Origin: a virus
Taxonomy: Duplodnaviria > Caudoviricetes
Direction: 5' to 3' (one strand)
IMG/VR virus record: IMGVR_UViG_3300043391_000337
Location: 1-45,394 of that record
Length of the DNA: 45,394 bases
Within the stretch, counting starts at the first letter, position 1, and each line of letters opens with the position of its first letter. Shown here one piece after another: positions 26,240 through 37,913 of the stretch. A model generated the notes under the pieces. That model did no database searches. It was not told where the DNA came from and saw only the letters and a program-made list of their open reading frames with translations. A program made the position numbers and the translations under genes.

Positions 26240-28792
26240 ATGTCTAAATTTAATAATAAGTTAACGAATTTAATAAATTCACAAGTACCTCAATTTGTTG
26301 TAGAAGATCATCCTAATTTTGTAGAATTTTTAAAAGCTTATTACAAATTTATGGAATCGGCCGAATTGTCTGTTACGGCCACAGAGACAACTGATGGTAT
26401 TATTTTAGAAGCTGATACAAATATTAAAGATAAAATAATATTAAATGCTTCAAAGATTGGTTCTAGTATAACACCAATAGATGAAGGTGATAAAGTACTT
26501 TTAGAAAGTTCGTCTTACGGAAAATTTACAAATGGCGAAATTATTATAGGTCAAACTTCAAATGCAACATCAACAATATTAGCGGAAGATTTAGTTAATA
26601 ATCGTTTATTCATATCTGCACAAGATAAATTTATAATAGGTGAAACTATTGTGGGTCAAACTTCAAATGCAACAGGCACAATAATTAATTATAAACCTAA
26701 TCCTGTACAAACTATACAAGAATTATTAAATTTTAGAGATCCTGATAAAGTTATAGCTAATTTTTTAAATCATTTTAAAAACGAATTTTTAAATACTTTA
26801 CCTGATAATTTGGATTCTAGTTTGAATATAAGAAATTTAATTAAGAATATAAAATACATATATGGTTTAAAAGGAACTTCTGAGGGTAATAATTTATTTT
26901 TTAGACTTTTATTTAATGAAGGGGCTACCACAACATATCCAAGAGAACAAATACTAAGAGCTTCTGATGGTAAATGGAATACAAGTACAATATTAAGAGC
27001 TATTACGGTACAAGGCGAAACAAATAAATTGATAGGAAGAACAATAACAGGACAAACATCCGGGTCTACAGCTATTGTAGAAACGGTAACTACATTTCAA
27101 ATTGGTGCCGATACAGTAACAGAATTTATATTGAATGCCGAAACTATAGATGGTAATTTTCAAATTGGGGAAGAATTATTGGGAACTGAAAAGGATCAAG
27201 ATTCTTATTACATAAAATTAACGGTTACAGGTATACCTAATAATCCTGTAATAACTAATGGTGGTAGTTTATACATTTCTGAAAATTCTGTTTCTGTTTC
27301 TGGTGGTGGAGAGGGAGCATTAATTCAAACACAAGCTATAGGTCATGGAAAAATTACACACCTTTTTATTGATAATCCTGGACAAGGTTATAATATAGGT
27401 GATGATTTGGTTTTTAATAATGCTAATACTAATGGTGGTGGTGCAGTAGCAAAAGTTTCTATAGTCAATGGAGGATTTGTAGATGAAACTTTAGGAGAAG
27501 ATCGTATAGTTTTAGAAGATGCCACACAAGAAGGAGATTATTATTCAGGAAATGTTTTAGTACAAGAAGCCGGAACAGGTATTAAAGATATTACAGATAT
27601 TAGATTTATAAATGAAGGATCAAACTATACATCATTACCTACGGTTACAATTAACACTGTATTGGGTATGAACGCTGCTATAAAAAGTTATGGTGATAAT
27701 ATAGGAAGTGTTCGATCATTAAAGGTTATAGAACCAGGAAAAGGTTATGAAAATTCTCCATCTCCAACTTTATCTTTATCTACAAACATTTTATTTTTAA
27801 ATCGTGTAGGAAATTTTATTGTAGGAGAAACAATTACAGGTTTAGGTTCAGATGGTTCTTCTATAGTATCTGCAACAATTGTTAGTATAAACAATAATAC
27901 AAATATTTTAAGATTAAAAAATTTAACAGGAACTTTTGGAACTAATGTTGTTATTACCGGTCAAAATACAGGTGCTTATGCTACTGTTGCAATATTTAAT
28001 CAAGCAACAGCTGAAGTAGATGTTGTATCTATTTTAGACACAACAGGTGCTTTTTTAAATTCTGATGGTAAAGTTTCTGAAAGTACAATGAAAATAGAAG
28101 ATAATTTATTATATCAAGATTTTTCTTATGTAATAAGTGTTGGACGTTCTATTAATGACTGGCGTAATAGTTTTAAAAAGACTATGCACCCAGCAGGATT
28201 TTATTTTCAAAACCAAGTATTATTATCATCACGAATTTCTGCAAAAGCTCAAGCAGTACAACAAAATTTATTAGATATTCTTAAAAATATATATTTCATT
28301 GGTACATATTTCCGTAGAAAATTAGGAACACTTACTGACAGCACTACTTTAAGTAATACTCCTGTTTTAGGACAAACACTTTCATTAAACAATCCTATTA
28401 CTTTGTTTGTAAGTACTACACGAGACACTACACTAAGAACTGAGTTATTATATTCATTAGAATTAACTCCTCAATTAAATATAAGAGATGAAAATATAGA
28501 TTACAGAAGATTTGGATATGCAAGTGCTGGTCCACGTATGAGAAATATAAATCGTTTTGGTTTTACTACATTTAGTGGAAGTGGCAATGCACAATCTGGT
28601 AATGTAGGTAATAATCATACAACTGCAACGTATATATCTCCTATGACAATGGCAAATTGGGCTGATTTTAGAATTATAGGTACTAAAAATACAGATATTG
28701 ATGGTGAATTAACACAAATACAAGACATTAACGTTGATAATCTAAAAACATATATTGCTTTACCAACAGAAATTACAGTAACTCAACCATAA
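26240..28792 (+). CDS. gp7: baseplate wedge initiator gp7-like
   Basis: QVPQFV.EDHP.FVEFLKAYYKFME, KGT...FFRLLF, ASDGKW, YQDFSYVI, HPAGF; between gp6 and gp8. Confidence 0.8.
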   Translation: MSKFNNKLTNLINSQVPQFVVEDHPNFVEFLKAYYKFMESAELSVTATETTDGIILEADTNIKDKIILNASKIGSSITPIDEGDKVLLESSSYGKFTNGEIIIGQTSNATSTILAEDLVNNRLFISAQDKFIIGETIVGQTSNATGTIINYKPNPVQTIQELLNFRDPDKVIANFLNHFKNEFLNTLPDNLDSSLNIRNLIKNIKYIYGLKGTSEGNNLFFRLLFNEGATTTYPREQILRASDGKWNTSTILRAITVQGETNKLIGRTITGQTSGSTAIVETVTTFQIGADTVTEFILNAETIDGNFQIGEELLGTEKDQDSYYIKLTVTGIPNNPVITNGGSLYISENSVSVSGGGEGALIQTQAIGHGKITHLFIDNPGQGYNIGDDLVFNNANTNGGGAVAKVSIVNGGFVDETLGEDRIVLEDATQEGDYYSGNVLVQEAGTGIKDITDIRFINEGSNYTSLPTVTINTVLGMNAAIKSYGDNIGSVRSLKVIEPGKGYENSPSPTLSLSTNILFLNRVGNFIVGETITGLGSDGSSIVSATIVSINNNTNILRLKNLTGTFGTNVVITGQNTGAYATVAIFNQATAEVDVVSILDTTGAFLNSDGKVSESTMKIEDNLLYQDFSYVISVGRSINDWRNSFKKTMHPAGFYFQNQVLLSSRISAKAQAVQQNLLDILKNIYFIGTYFRRKLGTLTDSTTLSNTPVLGQTLSLNNPITLFVSTTRDTTLRTELLYSLELTPQLNIRDENIDYRRFGYASAGPRMRNINRFGFTTFSGSGNAQSGNVGNNHTTATYISPMTMANWADFRIIGTKNTDIDGELTQIQDINVDNLKTYIALPTEITVTQP

Positions 28793-28808
28793 CCACATGA
28801 TTATCGTG

Positions 28809-28816
28809 TATAAATA
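28809..28816 (+). promoter_or_regulatory. late promoter
   Basis: TATAAATA before gp8. Confidence 0.7.
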
Positions 28817-28838
28817 TAATTAGAATTTAAGGAAAACT

Positions 28839-30305
28839 ATGCCAGCAATTATAACAAATAAATTTAGAAAACACAATAGTGATCAGTTTTATGAATCTTT
28901 TTCTGAAGCTTCACCAAATACTTATTATCTAGGAATAGGAAGACCACAAACTTTTAGAACATCAACAAGACCTGATGGAAGAACAGAAAATGAAGGTACA
29001 GACCTTGCACCACTTACACCAACAGATTCAATTAAAGATGAGTTATACATTTATGATGATCTTTTAGCTGTTAAAAAAATAGCAAGTTCGGATGTATCTT
29101 ATGTTGTTCCGAGAAGAAATTGGGTTTCAGGACAAATTTACGATTATTATAGAGCTGATTATGGTAATAGAATTACAGGTACAACAACAACATTGACATC
29201 AAATAGTGGAGCATCAAATTTATTTGATTCTTTATTTTATGTCTTAACACCAGTTTATAACGTTTACAAATGTTTAGATAATAACAATAATATTGCTTCT
29301 ACAATACAACCAACAGGAACTTCAACCTCTGTTTTAACAACAGCTGATGGTTATAAGTGGAAATATATGTACACTTTAGATGCTTCTCAACAAGCAAATT
29401 TTTTATCAACAGATTTTATGGCTGTTTCAACAAACTCTACAGTTTCATCAGCTGCTGTTGATGGTGGAGTTCACGTAGTAAAAATTAAAACAGCAGGTAC
29501 AAGTGGAACAAACGGAACATATACAAATATTCCTATCAGAGGAGATGGTACTAATGGTAGAGTTACAGTAATAATTGGAAGTAACGCTGTTACTTCTGTT
29601 GCTGTTACTAACGTAGGTTCAGGTTACACTTATGGTTATATAACTGTTGCCGATATTATTTCTGCTGGTGGTTCAGGTTTAACAGGAGTTGAATTAGATG
29701 TTATGATTGAACCAATAGGCGGACACGGATTTGACGCTGTAAAAGAATTAGGTGGATATTTTATAATGATGAATACAAATCTTCAAGGTTCTGAATTAGC
29801 TAATAGTGCTGACTTTGTTACAAATAACGATTTTAGAAAAATTGCTTTAATACGAGATCCAAAATCTGGTGGTTTAGCTGCATCAACATCTACACTAAGA
29901 GGAACTAAAGCACTTAGATTTGCTTCTTCTCCAACTCCAGGAACTTTTCAAGTTGATGAAAAAATAACTCAAGCAACAACAGGTGCAACAGGAATTGTTG
30001 TAAGTTGGGATTCAACAAATAGAATTTTATATTATATACAACCAAGATTTAGTAATGAAGGTTTAGATAGTAATGGAAACAAAACAGCATTTTCAGGAAC
30101 ATACGGTATTACAGGGGCAACATCAAGTGCTACTGGAACGCCAGCAAGTGCAACTGAAACTGTTAACTATGTGTCATTTACTTCCGGATATTCTGATCCT
30201 GAAATAGATACACACAGTGGTGATGTTTTATACGTTGAAAATAGAGCGCCAATAACAAGAGCATCAGACCAAACTGAAAATATTAAATTAATAATTGAGT
30301 TTTAA
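28839..30305 (+). CDS. gp8: baseplate wedge subunit gp8
   Basis: MPAIIT..FR, YLGIGRP, VVPR.NW, VYKCL.N, DGYKWKYMY, GHG.DAVKELG, SGDVLYVENR.PI.R..DQTE.IKLIIEF. Confidence 0.93.
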   Translation: MPAIITNKFRKHNSDQFYESFSEASPNTYYLGIGRPQTFRTSTRPDGRTENEGTDLAPLTPTDSIKDELYIYDDLLAVKKIASSDVSYVVPRRNWVSGQIYDYYRADYGNRITGTTTTLTSNSGASNLFDSLFYVLTPVYNVYKCLDNNNNIASTIQPTGTSTSVLTTADGYKWKYMYTLDASQQANFLSTDFMAVSTNSTVSSAAVDGGVHVVKIKTAGTSGTNGTYTNIPIRGDGTNGRVTVIIGSNAVTSVAVTNVGSGYTYGYITVADIISAGGSGLTGVELDVMIEPIGGHGFDAVKELGGYFIMMNTNLQGSELANSADFVTNNDFRKIALIRDPKSGGLAASTSTLRGTKALRFASSPTPGTFQVDEKITQATTGATGIVVSWDSTNRILYYIQPRFSNEGLDSNGNKTAFSGTYGITGATSSATGTPASATETVNYVSFTSGYSDPEIDTHSGDVLYVENRAPITRASDQTENIKLIIEF

Positions 30306-30313
30306 GGAAAGAT

Positions 30314-33300
30314 ATGCCAAGTCCAACAGACTTTAACCTTTCGCCTTATTTTGATGATTACGATCCTACAAAAAAATATCATAGGATTCTTTTCAGACCA
30401 GGATATGCAGTACAAGCAAGAGAGTTAACACAGTCTCAATCAATACTACAAAATCAAGTAGAAAGATTATCAGATCATCTTTTTGAAAAAGGTGCAATGG
30501 TTATTCCTGGTGAAATTGGATTTGATTTAAATTACTCTGCTGTAAAACTTACTTCTAAAACTTTTACTTCAATAACAGATTATGTTGGTTTAATATTAAC
30601 AGGTGTAACTTCAGGTGTGGAGGCTACTTGTGTTAATTCTATAGCAACTAATGGAACAGATCCTGATACTTTATATGTAAAATATAGTTCGACAGGAACA
30701 AACAATACTTCGGTTTCATTTACAAACGGTGAAACCATTAACGCTACAACATCAACTAATCCTACTATTTTAGCAACAGCAGTTGTTAATTCTACTGCAA
30801 TAGGTTCGGCGGCTAGTATTGCTAATGGTTCTTATTATATTAATGGTTTTCATATATCAGTAGTTGCTCAAACAGTTGTATTGGACAAATATTCAAACAC
30901 ACCAAGTTATAGAGTTGGTTTAGAAATTACAGAATCTTTTGTAACACCAAATGACGATCTTTCGTTAAATGATAATGCTCAAGGTTCCACAAACATAAAC
31001 GCACCAGGAGCTCATAGATTTAAAGTTGATTTAACATTGTCTAAAAGAGCTTTAACATCATCTGCTGATGCAAATTTTGTTGAATTATTAAGATTAAAAA
31101 ATGGTATTAGAGCAAATCAAGTTACTAGTACTGCTTACAGTGTTTTAGAATCTACTTTAGCAAGAAGAACTTATGATCAAGCTGGCGATTATACAGTAAA
31201 AGATTTTGATATAGATGTTAGAGAACATTTATTGGCTGGAAATAATAGAGGTATATATTCATCAATTGATGGTGGAGATACAACTAAGTTAGCGTTAGGA
31301 TTATCTCCGGGAAAAGCATACGTAAAAGGATATGAGATTGAAAAAATTGGTACTAATTATGTTGAAGTAGATAAAGCTAGAGATTACGATACAGAAAGCA
31401 ATTTTAGAACAAGATTTGATGTTCAAAACTATGTTAATGTTACAAACGTTTATGGTACACCAGATATTGGATATGTTTCCGGCGATACAGAAGCATTTAA
31501 GAATATAAACTTATTTGACACTGCAACAGCAGTCAGAGGAACTCAACAATCAACTACAGGTGCTAAAGTGCCTCAAATTGGCAGAGCTAAATCAAAAGGT
31601 TTTGAATTAAATAACGGTGTAGCGAGTAGTTTTATATTATCTAGTTCGAGTTTAACATCAGCTGTTTACAAACAATATTTATTTGATATTGAAATGTTTA
31701 CACATTTAAACGTAACAACTGCACCATCATTTACTGATGGAGAAAAAATTATAGGAGTAACTTCTGGTGCTTATGGTTATAAACAATCTATTACATCTAC
31801 TAAGTCAGCAACTATATCAGCAGTTACAAAAGCAAATCCAGGTGTTGTAACAGCAACTGCACACACGTTTAAAGAAGGACAACAAGTTACAATTTCAAGT
31901 GTTGGTGGTATGACACAATTAAACAGTAATGTTTACACTGTAAGAAATCCTGAAACAGATACTTTTGAATTATATGATGTTGATGGTTTAACTAAAATAG
32001 ATACTACAGGTTATACAACTTATACTTCAGGTGGTACAGCAATTCATGGTGTTATAGTTCTTAATAACGTTATTGGTACATTTTCAGCTGGAGAAACAAT
32101 TACAGGTGCAACATCCGCTGTAACAGGTGTTATACAAAGAAATGCTGTAGGATTTAATGGCGTACAATCGTTCAATTTTAATCAAGTTAAACAAATTGGT
32201 ATGTCAGGTTCTCCTACATTTACTGCCAATACATCAACTGATGCAAGTTTTGGAGATAATTATCAAATATATGGACAAATATCAATTGCAAATAATGGAA
32301 CAACTGTAACAGGATTCGGTTCTTTATTTAATACAGAATTAACAATAGGAGATTCTATTATATTTACTACAGATGCTGGAACTTCAATTACAAGAATTGT
32401 AGAATCTATACAGTCAAATACAAGTTTACAACTTTCTATTGCCGTGGGCGCTGGCGATGTATCTACAAAAACAACAGCTGTTAGACTTAGAAGTTTTTTA
32501 CAAGGAGGAAATAAAAATACTTCTATATTTAAATTACCTTATACTAGAATTAAAACACAAAAGACAGCTAAAAATTCAAATCTGTCAGATACAAATTTTT
32601 ATGTAAGAAGAAACTATACGGCAAATTTATCAAACGGTGCTGCTACAATAACAGCAGGAACAAACGAAATATTTACTGGTGCTGCTGAAAAAGATTTTAT
32701 TGTTTCTGTAATGACTACAAGTGGTTCTGCTGTTGCAGGTAACGTTTTAAGTATATCTGGCAATAATGGCAATGGTAACCCAATATTTGTATTGGGTGGT
32801 TCTCCAACAGGAAAAACATTAACATTAGATTTTGGTAGTGCTTATGGTACTGCTAAAATTAAAATACTTGCCACAGTTTCAAGAGGAGTTGCAAATTCTA
32901 AAACAAAAACATTAAATACTGGTTCTACAATTTCTGTTTCATCTCAATCAACTATTGAATCTGGTTTAATTGGTTTAGGGAAAGCAGACGTTTATCAAAT
33001 TAATTCAGTTTATATGTCTCCTGATTTTAGTACACCAGCTACTACAAGCCATACAAATATTACAAATAGATTTACTTTAGATACAGGACAAAGAGATAAT
33101 TTTTATGATATAGGAAGACTTAAAATAAATTCTGGCGCCTTAACGCCTACTGGCCGTTTATTAATTAATTTTAATTATTTTTCACATGGTTCAGGAGATT
33201 ATTTTGACGTAGATTCTTATTCAATAGATTACACAAGCATACCTTCTTATACTTCTGATACGTCAGGTGTTTCTTATGACCTTAGAGATTGTTTAGATTT

Positions 33301-36300
33301 TAGACCAAGAGTTGATGAAGCTTCTACTATAAGAAGTGCAACACAAGATAGACAATATAGTGGAACAGGATCTTCAGTAATTGATGTTATACAATTTAAC
33401 TCAGATATAACTTCTGATTTTGAATATTATTTACCAAGAGTAGATAAAATATTCTTAGATAACCTTGGTAATTTTAAAGTTGTAAAAGGTGCAAGTTCTT
33501 TATCACCTCAATTACCTAAAAACTTAGATAATGCTATGCAATTAGCAACTGTATTTTTAAATCCTTATACTTTAGACACTAATGATTTATTAATTAAGAA
33601 AGTAGATAATAAACGATATACAATGAGAGACATTGGTCGTTTAGAAACAAGAATTTCAAATGTAGAATACTACACTCAATTATCTCTATTAGAGACACAA
33701 ACTCAAAATTTACAAATACAAGATGCACAAGGATTTGAAAGATTTAAAAATGGATTTATTGTAGATAATATGACAGGTCATGGAGTTGGCGATCCTACAA
33801 ATTTAGATTATAAAGTTGCTATGGATATGTCAAACGGTATTATGAGACCTATGTTTAATTCTGAGTCTGTTCAATTTATAGAAGCGGCAAATGATGGAAG
33901 TGCAATTACAGATTCTATAAGATCAAATTCTAACTATAAAAAAACAGGTGCATTAATTACTTTACCTTATACTGAAGTTTCTTCTATTGAACAGTCTTAT
34001 GCAAGTCATTATGAAAATGTAAATCCATTTAGCGTATTTACATGGGCAGGCTCTGTTACTTTAGATCCTCCTAGCGATGAGTGGAAAGAAACAAATAGAG
34101 TTCCTGATTTAATAGTTAATCAACAAGGTTCTTATGATACTCTTTTGAATACTTTGGGCAACCCTAATTTAGCAAGTGTTGAAATTGATACTATATGGAA
34201 TGAATGGCAAGACACGTGGACAGGAACTTCTGTTGAATCTACTACGGTTTCTGGTGGCAGAGATGGTGGTGGAGGAGGACGTAGAGCTATTGTACGAGAT
34301 GTAATAACTACAACTGCACAACAAGTATCACAAACAAGAACAGGTATTAGAAGTGCATTAGTTCCTCAAATAGTACAAACATCTTTAGGCGATAAAGTAT
34401 TGAGTGTTGCTTTTGTTCCTTTTGTTAGAAGTAGAACCATCAATTTTACTGCTACAAGATTAAAACCAAATACAAAAGTTTATCCTTTCTTTGATAATGT
34501 TGCTATTACTTCTTATGTAACACCTACAGGTGGTTCTTTAGGTGGCAATTTAGTATCAGATGATAACGGCGCTCTTTCAGGTTCTTTTACTATTCCAGAT
34601 CCTACTGTAGATTCAAATCCTAGATGGAGAACTGGTAAAAAAATATTTCGTTTAACAACAAATTCAACTAATGGCGACACAAATGTGGAAACTTCAGCTG
34701 AAGGTGATTATAATGCTCAAGGTTTATTAAACACTGTTCAAAATACTATAATATCTACAAGAGAATCTACATTAGCAAGACAAACAGTAACAGATAATCA
34801 AAACATTGTTAGAACATCTACAAGAACAACTACCGAAGTTATTGGATGGATTGATCCTATTGCACAAACATTTTTAGTAGATGATTCTGGAGGAATTTTT
34901 GCAACTTCTGTTGATATTTTCTTTAAATCAAAAGATGTAAATATACCTGTAACATTACAAATCAGAGAAGTTGTAAATGGTTATCCTTCAAGAAGTATTG
35001 TGCCATTTGGTGAAGTTGTATTAAATCCAAGTTCTGTAAATATTTCTGATGATGCTACTATAGCTACTAAATTTAGTTTCCCTTCTCCTGTTTATTTACA
35101 AGAGAAAACAGAATACTCTTTCTGTTTATTAAGCAATTCAAATAGTTATAATGCTTTTGTTGCAACTATAGGTAAAACTCAAATAGGTTCGGATAGAACA
35201 ATATCCGTAAACCCTTATGCTGGTGTATATTTCAAATCGCAAAACGGTTCAACATGGACAGCAGATCAAACAACAGATATTAAATTTAAAATCAATAGAG
35301 CAGAATTTGAAAACACAACAGGTACAGTTACATTAGTAAATGGTGTTGTACCTTTAAGAACATTACCAAATAACCCATTAAGAACAACAAACAGTTCAGG
35401 TGTTATTAGAGTATTTCATAGAAACCATGGTATGCACGGATTAAACAATAGTGTTACAATTGCAGGGGTTCCAGCAGGAACTTATAATGGTATTGCACAT
35501 ACAGCAATAAATGGAACATATACAAGCATTTCAAACGTAACTTTAGATAGTTATGATATTACAACTGCTGGCACAGCGACTGCATCTGGTGATGTTGGTG
35601 GAACTGTGGTAACAGCAACCCAAAATAGATTATTTGATGTAGCAAATTTAAGCATACAAACTTTAACTGTTCCCGGTACAACTATTAATTATAACATGTT
35701 AACAACTACAGGAAAATCAATTCATGGATCTGAATCTGAATTTGTAACAACAACCGTATCTAATGCTTTAAGTATAACTTCAGGAAATAATATTTACTTT
35801 ACATCTCCTCAAATGGTAGCAAGTCAAATAAATGAAACTAATAGTATGGGTGGTTACAAATCTTTATATACTAATTTAACTTTATTAACAACAAATACTA
35901 AGGTTTCTCCAGTTATTGATACATCAAGAATGAGTATGATCGCTGTTCAAAATAGATTGAATCAACCAACGTCTGGTAATACACCAAATTTTATTGAAGA
36001 TACTGCTCCTACAGGTTCTTCTTCGTCAGGAATTTACGTAACTAAACCAATTGTATTAGAAAATATTTCAACAGCAATTGATTTAAGAATTACTGCAAAC
36101 GTTAGAACGTCATCATCTGTTAAGGTATATTACAGAGTTACAAGTTCTTCGGAAGTTAGAAACGTAAACGATTTAGCGTGGACACCGTTTAATACAGATG
36201 GATCTTCTGATTTGTCTGTAACTCCTGCTCAAGATGATTCTACTTTTAAAGAATACAAATATTCAGATAATAATATTACAGGATTTACGGCATTTCAAAT

Positions 36301-36379
36301 TAAAGTGGTATTAAAAGGAACTAACTCAGCATATCCTCCTCTTGTTAAAGATTTAAGAGGAATTGCTTTAGCATTATAA
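30314..36379 (+). CDS. large virion structural protein (VrlC/DUF4815-like)
   Basis: LSPYFDDYD..K.YHRILFRPG.AVQARELTQ.QSILQNQ, APGAHR, ARRTYD, GKAYVKGYE, RYTMRDIG.LE.RI..VEYYT, FKNGFIVD, DPIAQTF, FKSQN. Confidence 0.88.
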   Translation: MPSPTDFNLSPYFDDYDPTKKYHRILFRPGYAVQARELTQSQSILQNQVERLSDHLFEKGAMVIPGEIGFDLNYSAVKLTSKTFTSITDYVGLILTGVTSGVEATCVNSIATNGTDPDTLYVKYSSTGTNNTSVSFTNGETINATTSTNPTILATAVVNSTAIGSAASIANGSYYINGFHISVVAQTVVLDKYSNTPSYRVGLEITESFVTPNDDLSLNDNAQGSTNINAPGAHRFKVDLTLSKRALTSSADANFVELLRLKNGIRANQVTSTAYSVLESTLARRTYDQAGDYTVKDFDIDVREHLLAGNNRGIYSSIDGGDTTKLALGLSPGKAYVKGYEIEKIGTNYVEVDKARDYDTESNFRTRFDVQNYVNVTNVYGTPDIGYVSGDTEAFKNINLFDTATAVRGTQQSTTGAKVPQIGRAKSKGFELNNGVASSFILSSSSLTSAVYKQYLFDIEMFTHLNVTTAPSFTDGEKIIGVTSGAYGYKQSITSTKSATISAVTKANPGVVTATAHTFKEGQQVTISSVGGMTQLNSNVYTVRNPETDTFELYDVDGLTKIDTTGYTTYTSGGTAIHGVIVLNNVIGTFSAGETITGATSAVTGVIQRNAVGFNGVQSFNFNQVKQIGMSGSPTFTANTSTDASFGDNYQIYGQISIANNGTTVTGFGSLFNTELTIGDSIIFTTDAGTSITRIVESIQSNTSLQLSIAVGAGDVSTKTTAVRLRSFLQGGNKNTSIFKLPYTRIKTQKTAKNSNLSDTNFYVRRNYTANLSNGAATITAGTNEIFTGAAEKDFIVSVMTTSGSAVAGNVLSISGNNGNGNPIFVLGGSPTGKTLTLDFGSAYGTAKIKILATVSRGVANSKTKTLNTGSTISVSSQSTIESGLIGLGKADVYQINSVYMSPDFSTPATTSHTNITNRFTLDTGQRDNFYDIGRLKINSGALTPTGRLLINFNYFSHGSGDYFDVDSYSIDYTSIPSYTSDTSGVSYDLRDCLDFRPRVDEASTIRSATQDRQYSGTGSSVIDVIQFNSDITSDFEYYLPRVDKIFLDNLGNFKVVKGASSLSPQLPKNLDNAMQLATVFLNPYTLDTNDLLIKKVDNKRYTMRDIGRLETRISNVEYYTQLSLLETQTQNLQIQDAQGFERFKNGFIVDNMTGHGVGDPTNLDYKVAMDMSNGIMRPMFNSESVQFIEAANDGSAITDSIRSNSNYKKTGALITLPYTEVSSIEQSYASHYENVNPFSVFTWAGSVTLDPPSDEWKETNRVPDLIVNQQGSYDTLLNTLGNPNLASVEIDTIWNEWQDTWTGTSVESTTVSGGRDGGGGGRRAIVRDVITTTAQQVSQTRTGIRSALVPQIVQTSLGDKVLSVAFVPFVRSRTINFTATRLKPNTKVYPFFDNVAITSYVTPTGGSLGGNLVSDDNGALSGSFTIPDPTVDSNPRWRTGKKIFRLTTNSTNGDTNVETSAEGDYNAQGLLNTVQNTIISTRESTLARQTVTDNQNIVRTSTRTTTEVIGWIDPIAQTFLVDDSGGIFATSVDIFFKSKDVNIPVTLQIREVVNGYPSRSIVPFGEVVLNPSSVNISDDATIATKFSFPSPVYLQEKTEYSFCLLSNSNSYNAFVATIGKTQIGSDRTISVNPYAGVYFKSQNGSTWTADQTTDIKFKINRAEFENTTGTVTLVNGVVPLRTLPNNPLRTTNSSGVIRVFHRNHGMHGLNNSVTIAGVPAGTYNGIAHTAINGTYTSISNVTLDSYDITTAGTATASGDVGGTVVTATQNRLFDVANLSIQTLTVPGTTINYNMLTTTGKSIHGSESEFVTTTVSNALSITSGNNIYFTSPQMVASQINETNSMGGYKSLYTNLTLLTTNTKVSPVIDTSRMSMIAVQNRLNQPTSGNTPNFIEDTAPTGSSSSGIYVTKPIVLENISTAIDLRITANVRTSSSVKVYYRVTSSSEVRNVNDLAWTPFNTDGSSDLSVTPAQDDSTFKEYKYSDNNITGFTAFQIKVVLKGTNSAYPPLVKDLRGIALAL

Positions 36380-36386
36380 AGGTTTT

Positions 36387-36605
36387 ATGAAATTAAAAGT
36401 AGAAGGATATGATTATCTAGCAAGAGATTCAAGATCAAATGCTATTATTAATACTTCTAAAAATGATTATCAACTTTATATTAATAGAATTAAATCACGT
36501 GAACAACAAGGCGATAATATAAGAAATGTTATTAAAGATGTTAATTTATTAAAACAAGAATTACATGAAATCAAAGCTTTATTAAAGGAAATGGTTAAAA
36601 AATAA
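36387..36605 (+). CDS. small coiled-coil virion-associated protein
   Basis: KVEG...L.RD..SNAIIN plus C-terminal coiled coil; directly follows the VrlC-like gene. Confidence 0.7.
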   Translation: MKLKVEGYDYLARDSRSNAIINTSKNDYQLYINRIKSREQQGDNIRNVIKDVNLLKQELHEIKALLKEMVKK

Positions 36606-37909
36606 TGACTGCTAAAACCGTACTTACAACTGATACACTAGAAACGTTTAGAACTACGTTTAATAGTTTATCTACAAACGATATTGGCGATCCTGCTACA
36701 TTAACATCTACTGCTACTAATTTGGTAGGAGCCGTTAACGAAATTAAAGCAGAAGAAGTTACTTTAACAGGAACACAAACCGTAACTAATAAAACTTTAA
36801 CAACTCCTAAGATTGCTACTATTTTAACAAATAGTGGTGCAAATACTGTTACATTACCTTTAGCAACTGATACTTTACTAGGTAAAGCAACTACAGATAC
36901 ATTAACTAATAAAACTTATGATACTGCCGCAACAGGTAACGTATTTAAAGTAAACGGAAATTCTATTACTGGTTATACTGGTTCTGGTGCTACTGTTGTT
37001 TTATCAACAGGTCCAACAATCGGAGGACATCCTACTGTTGAAGGAATAACTTCTACTGGTGCTACAGGAACAGGAAAATTTGTATTTGACACAGCTCCAA
37101 CTTTAGGTTCACCAATTTTAACAACACCAAAATTATTAAATAATGGTTACATTGCTGATGATAATGGTAATGCACAAATTAAATTTATTACAACAGCTTC
37201 TTCTGTAAATCAATTATCGGTTACAAACTCAATCACAGGTTCTGGTCCTTCAATATCTGCTACAGGAACAGATAGTAATATAGTTTTAAATTTAGTACCA
37301 AAAGGCACATCAACTGTAAAAGTTCCTTCTGGTTATAAAGATAGAGCAGGATTTGCTGCTGATTCTCTTGCAACAAAAGAATACGTAGATACAAAAACTT
37401 TTTCAGGAGCTATTGTTAGTGAAACAACGATAACCCCTTCAAATGTTAATATTACATTAAACAACGTTCAAATTACAGATACAATAGGAAATTTTTCTTG
37501 TAATAATCCTGGCAGAACATTAGTTGTTGATCAAACAATAACTATCAGTGGTACACTTACGGGTACAGGATCTATTACAGATTATTCTTCTCCTAAAACT
37601 TATTACATTATAGAAACAAATGGATCAACAACATTTAAATTATCAACTAAAAATTTAAGAAATTCAATGGTAGATGGTGGTGCAGTTCTTGTAACAACTG
37701 CTGGTACTACGGTAGGATTAACTTGTGTAGCAAGTACCTATCAAACTAGTTTCAACGTAACTTATGTTTATAGTAACGTTGCTGTGTATTTGAACGGAAT
37801 TAAACTAGTTGGTGGTGGAAGAGACTTTACAGCAAACGATCAAGCAACTGTTGTATTAAATAGTCCAGGAGCTCTACCAACAGACGTAATTCAATTCGTA
37901 ACTTACTAA
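36605..37909 (+). CDS. tail fibre-like protein
   Basis: TDTLETFRTTFN, NLVGAVNE, TLTNKT repeats, LATKEYVD; Thr-rich. Confidence 0.7.
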   Translation: MTAKTVLTTDTLETFRTTFNSLSTNDIGDPATLTSTATNLVGAVNEIKAEEVTLTGTQTVTNKTLTTPKIATILTNSGANTVTLPLATDTLLGKATTDTLTNKTYDTAATGNVFKVNGNSITGYTGSGATVVLSTGPTIGGHPTVEGITSTGATGTGKFVFDTAPTLGSPILTTPKLLNNGYIADDNGNAQIKFITTASSVNQLSVTNSITGSGPSISATGTDSNIVLNLVPKGTSTVKVPSGYKDRAGFAADSLATKEYVDTKTFSGAIVSETTITPSNVNITLNNVQITDTIGNFSCNNPGRTLVVDQTITISGTLTGTGSITDYSSPKTYYIIETNGSTTFKLSTKNLRNSMVDGGAVLVTTAGTTVGLTCVASTYQTSFNVTYVYSNVAVYLNGIKLVGGGRDFTANDQATVVLNSPGALPTDVIQFVTY

Positions 37910-37913
37910 TAAA

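Noticed and set aside
31800-32050. Segment resembling the FCCH-like domain annotation (ubiquitin-activating E1) in the VrlC-like protein
   Set aside because: A small beta-module common in phage structural proteins; no E1 catalytic motifs, so no evidence of a ubiquitin system
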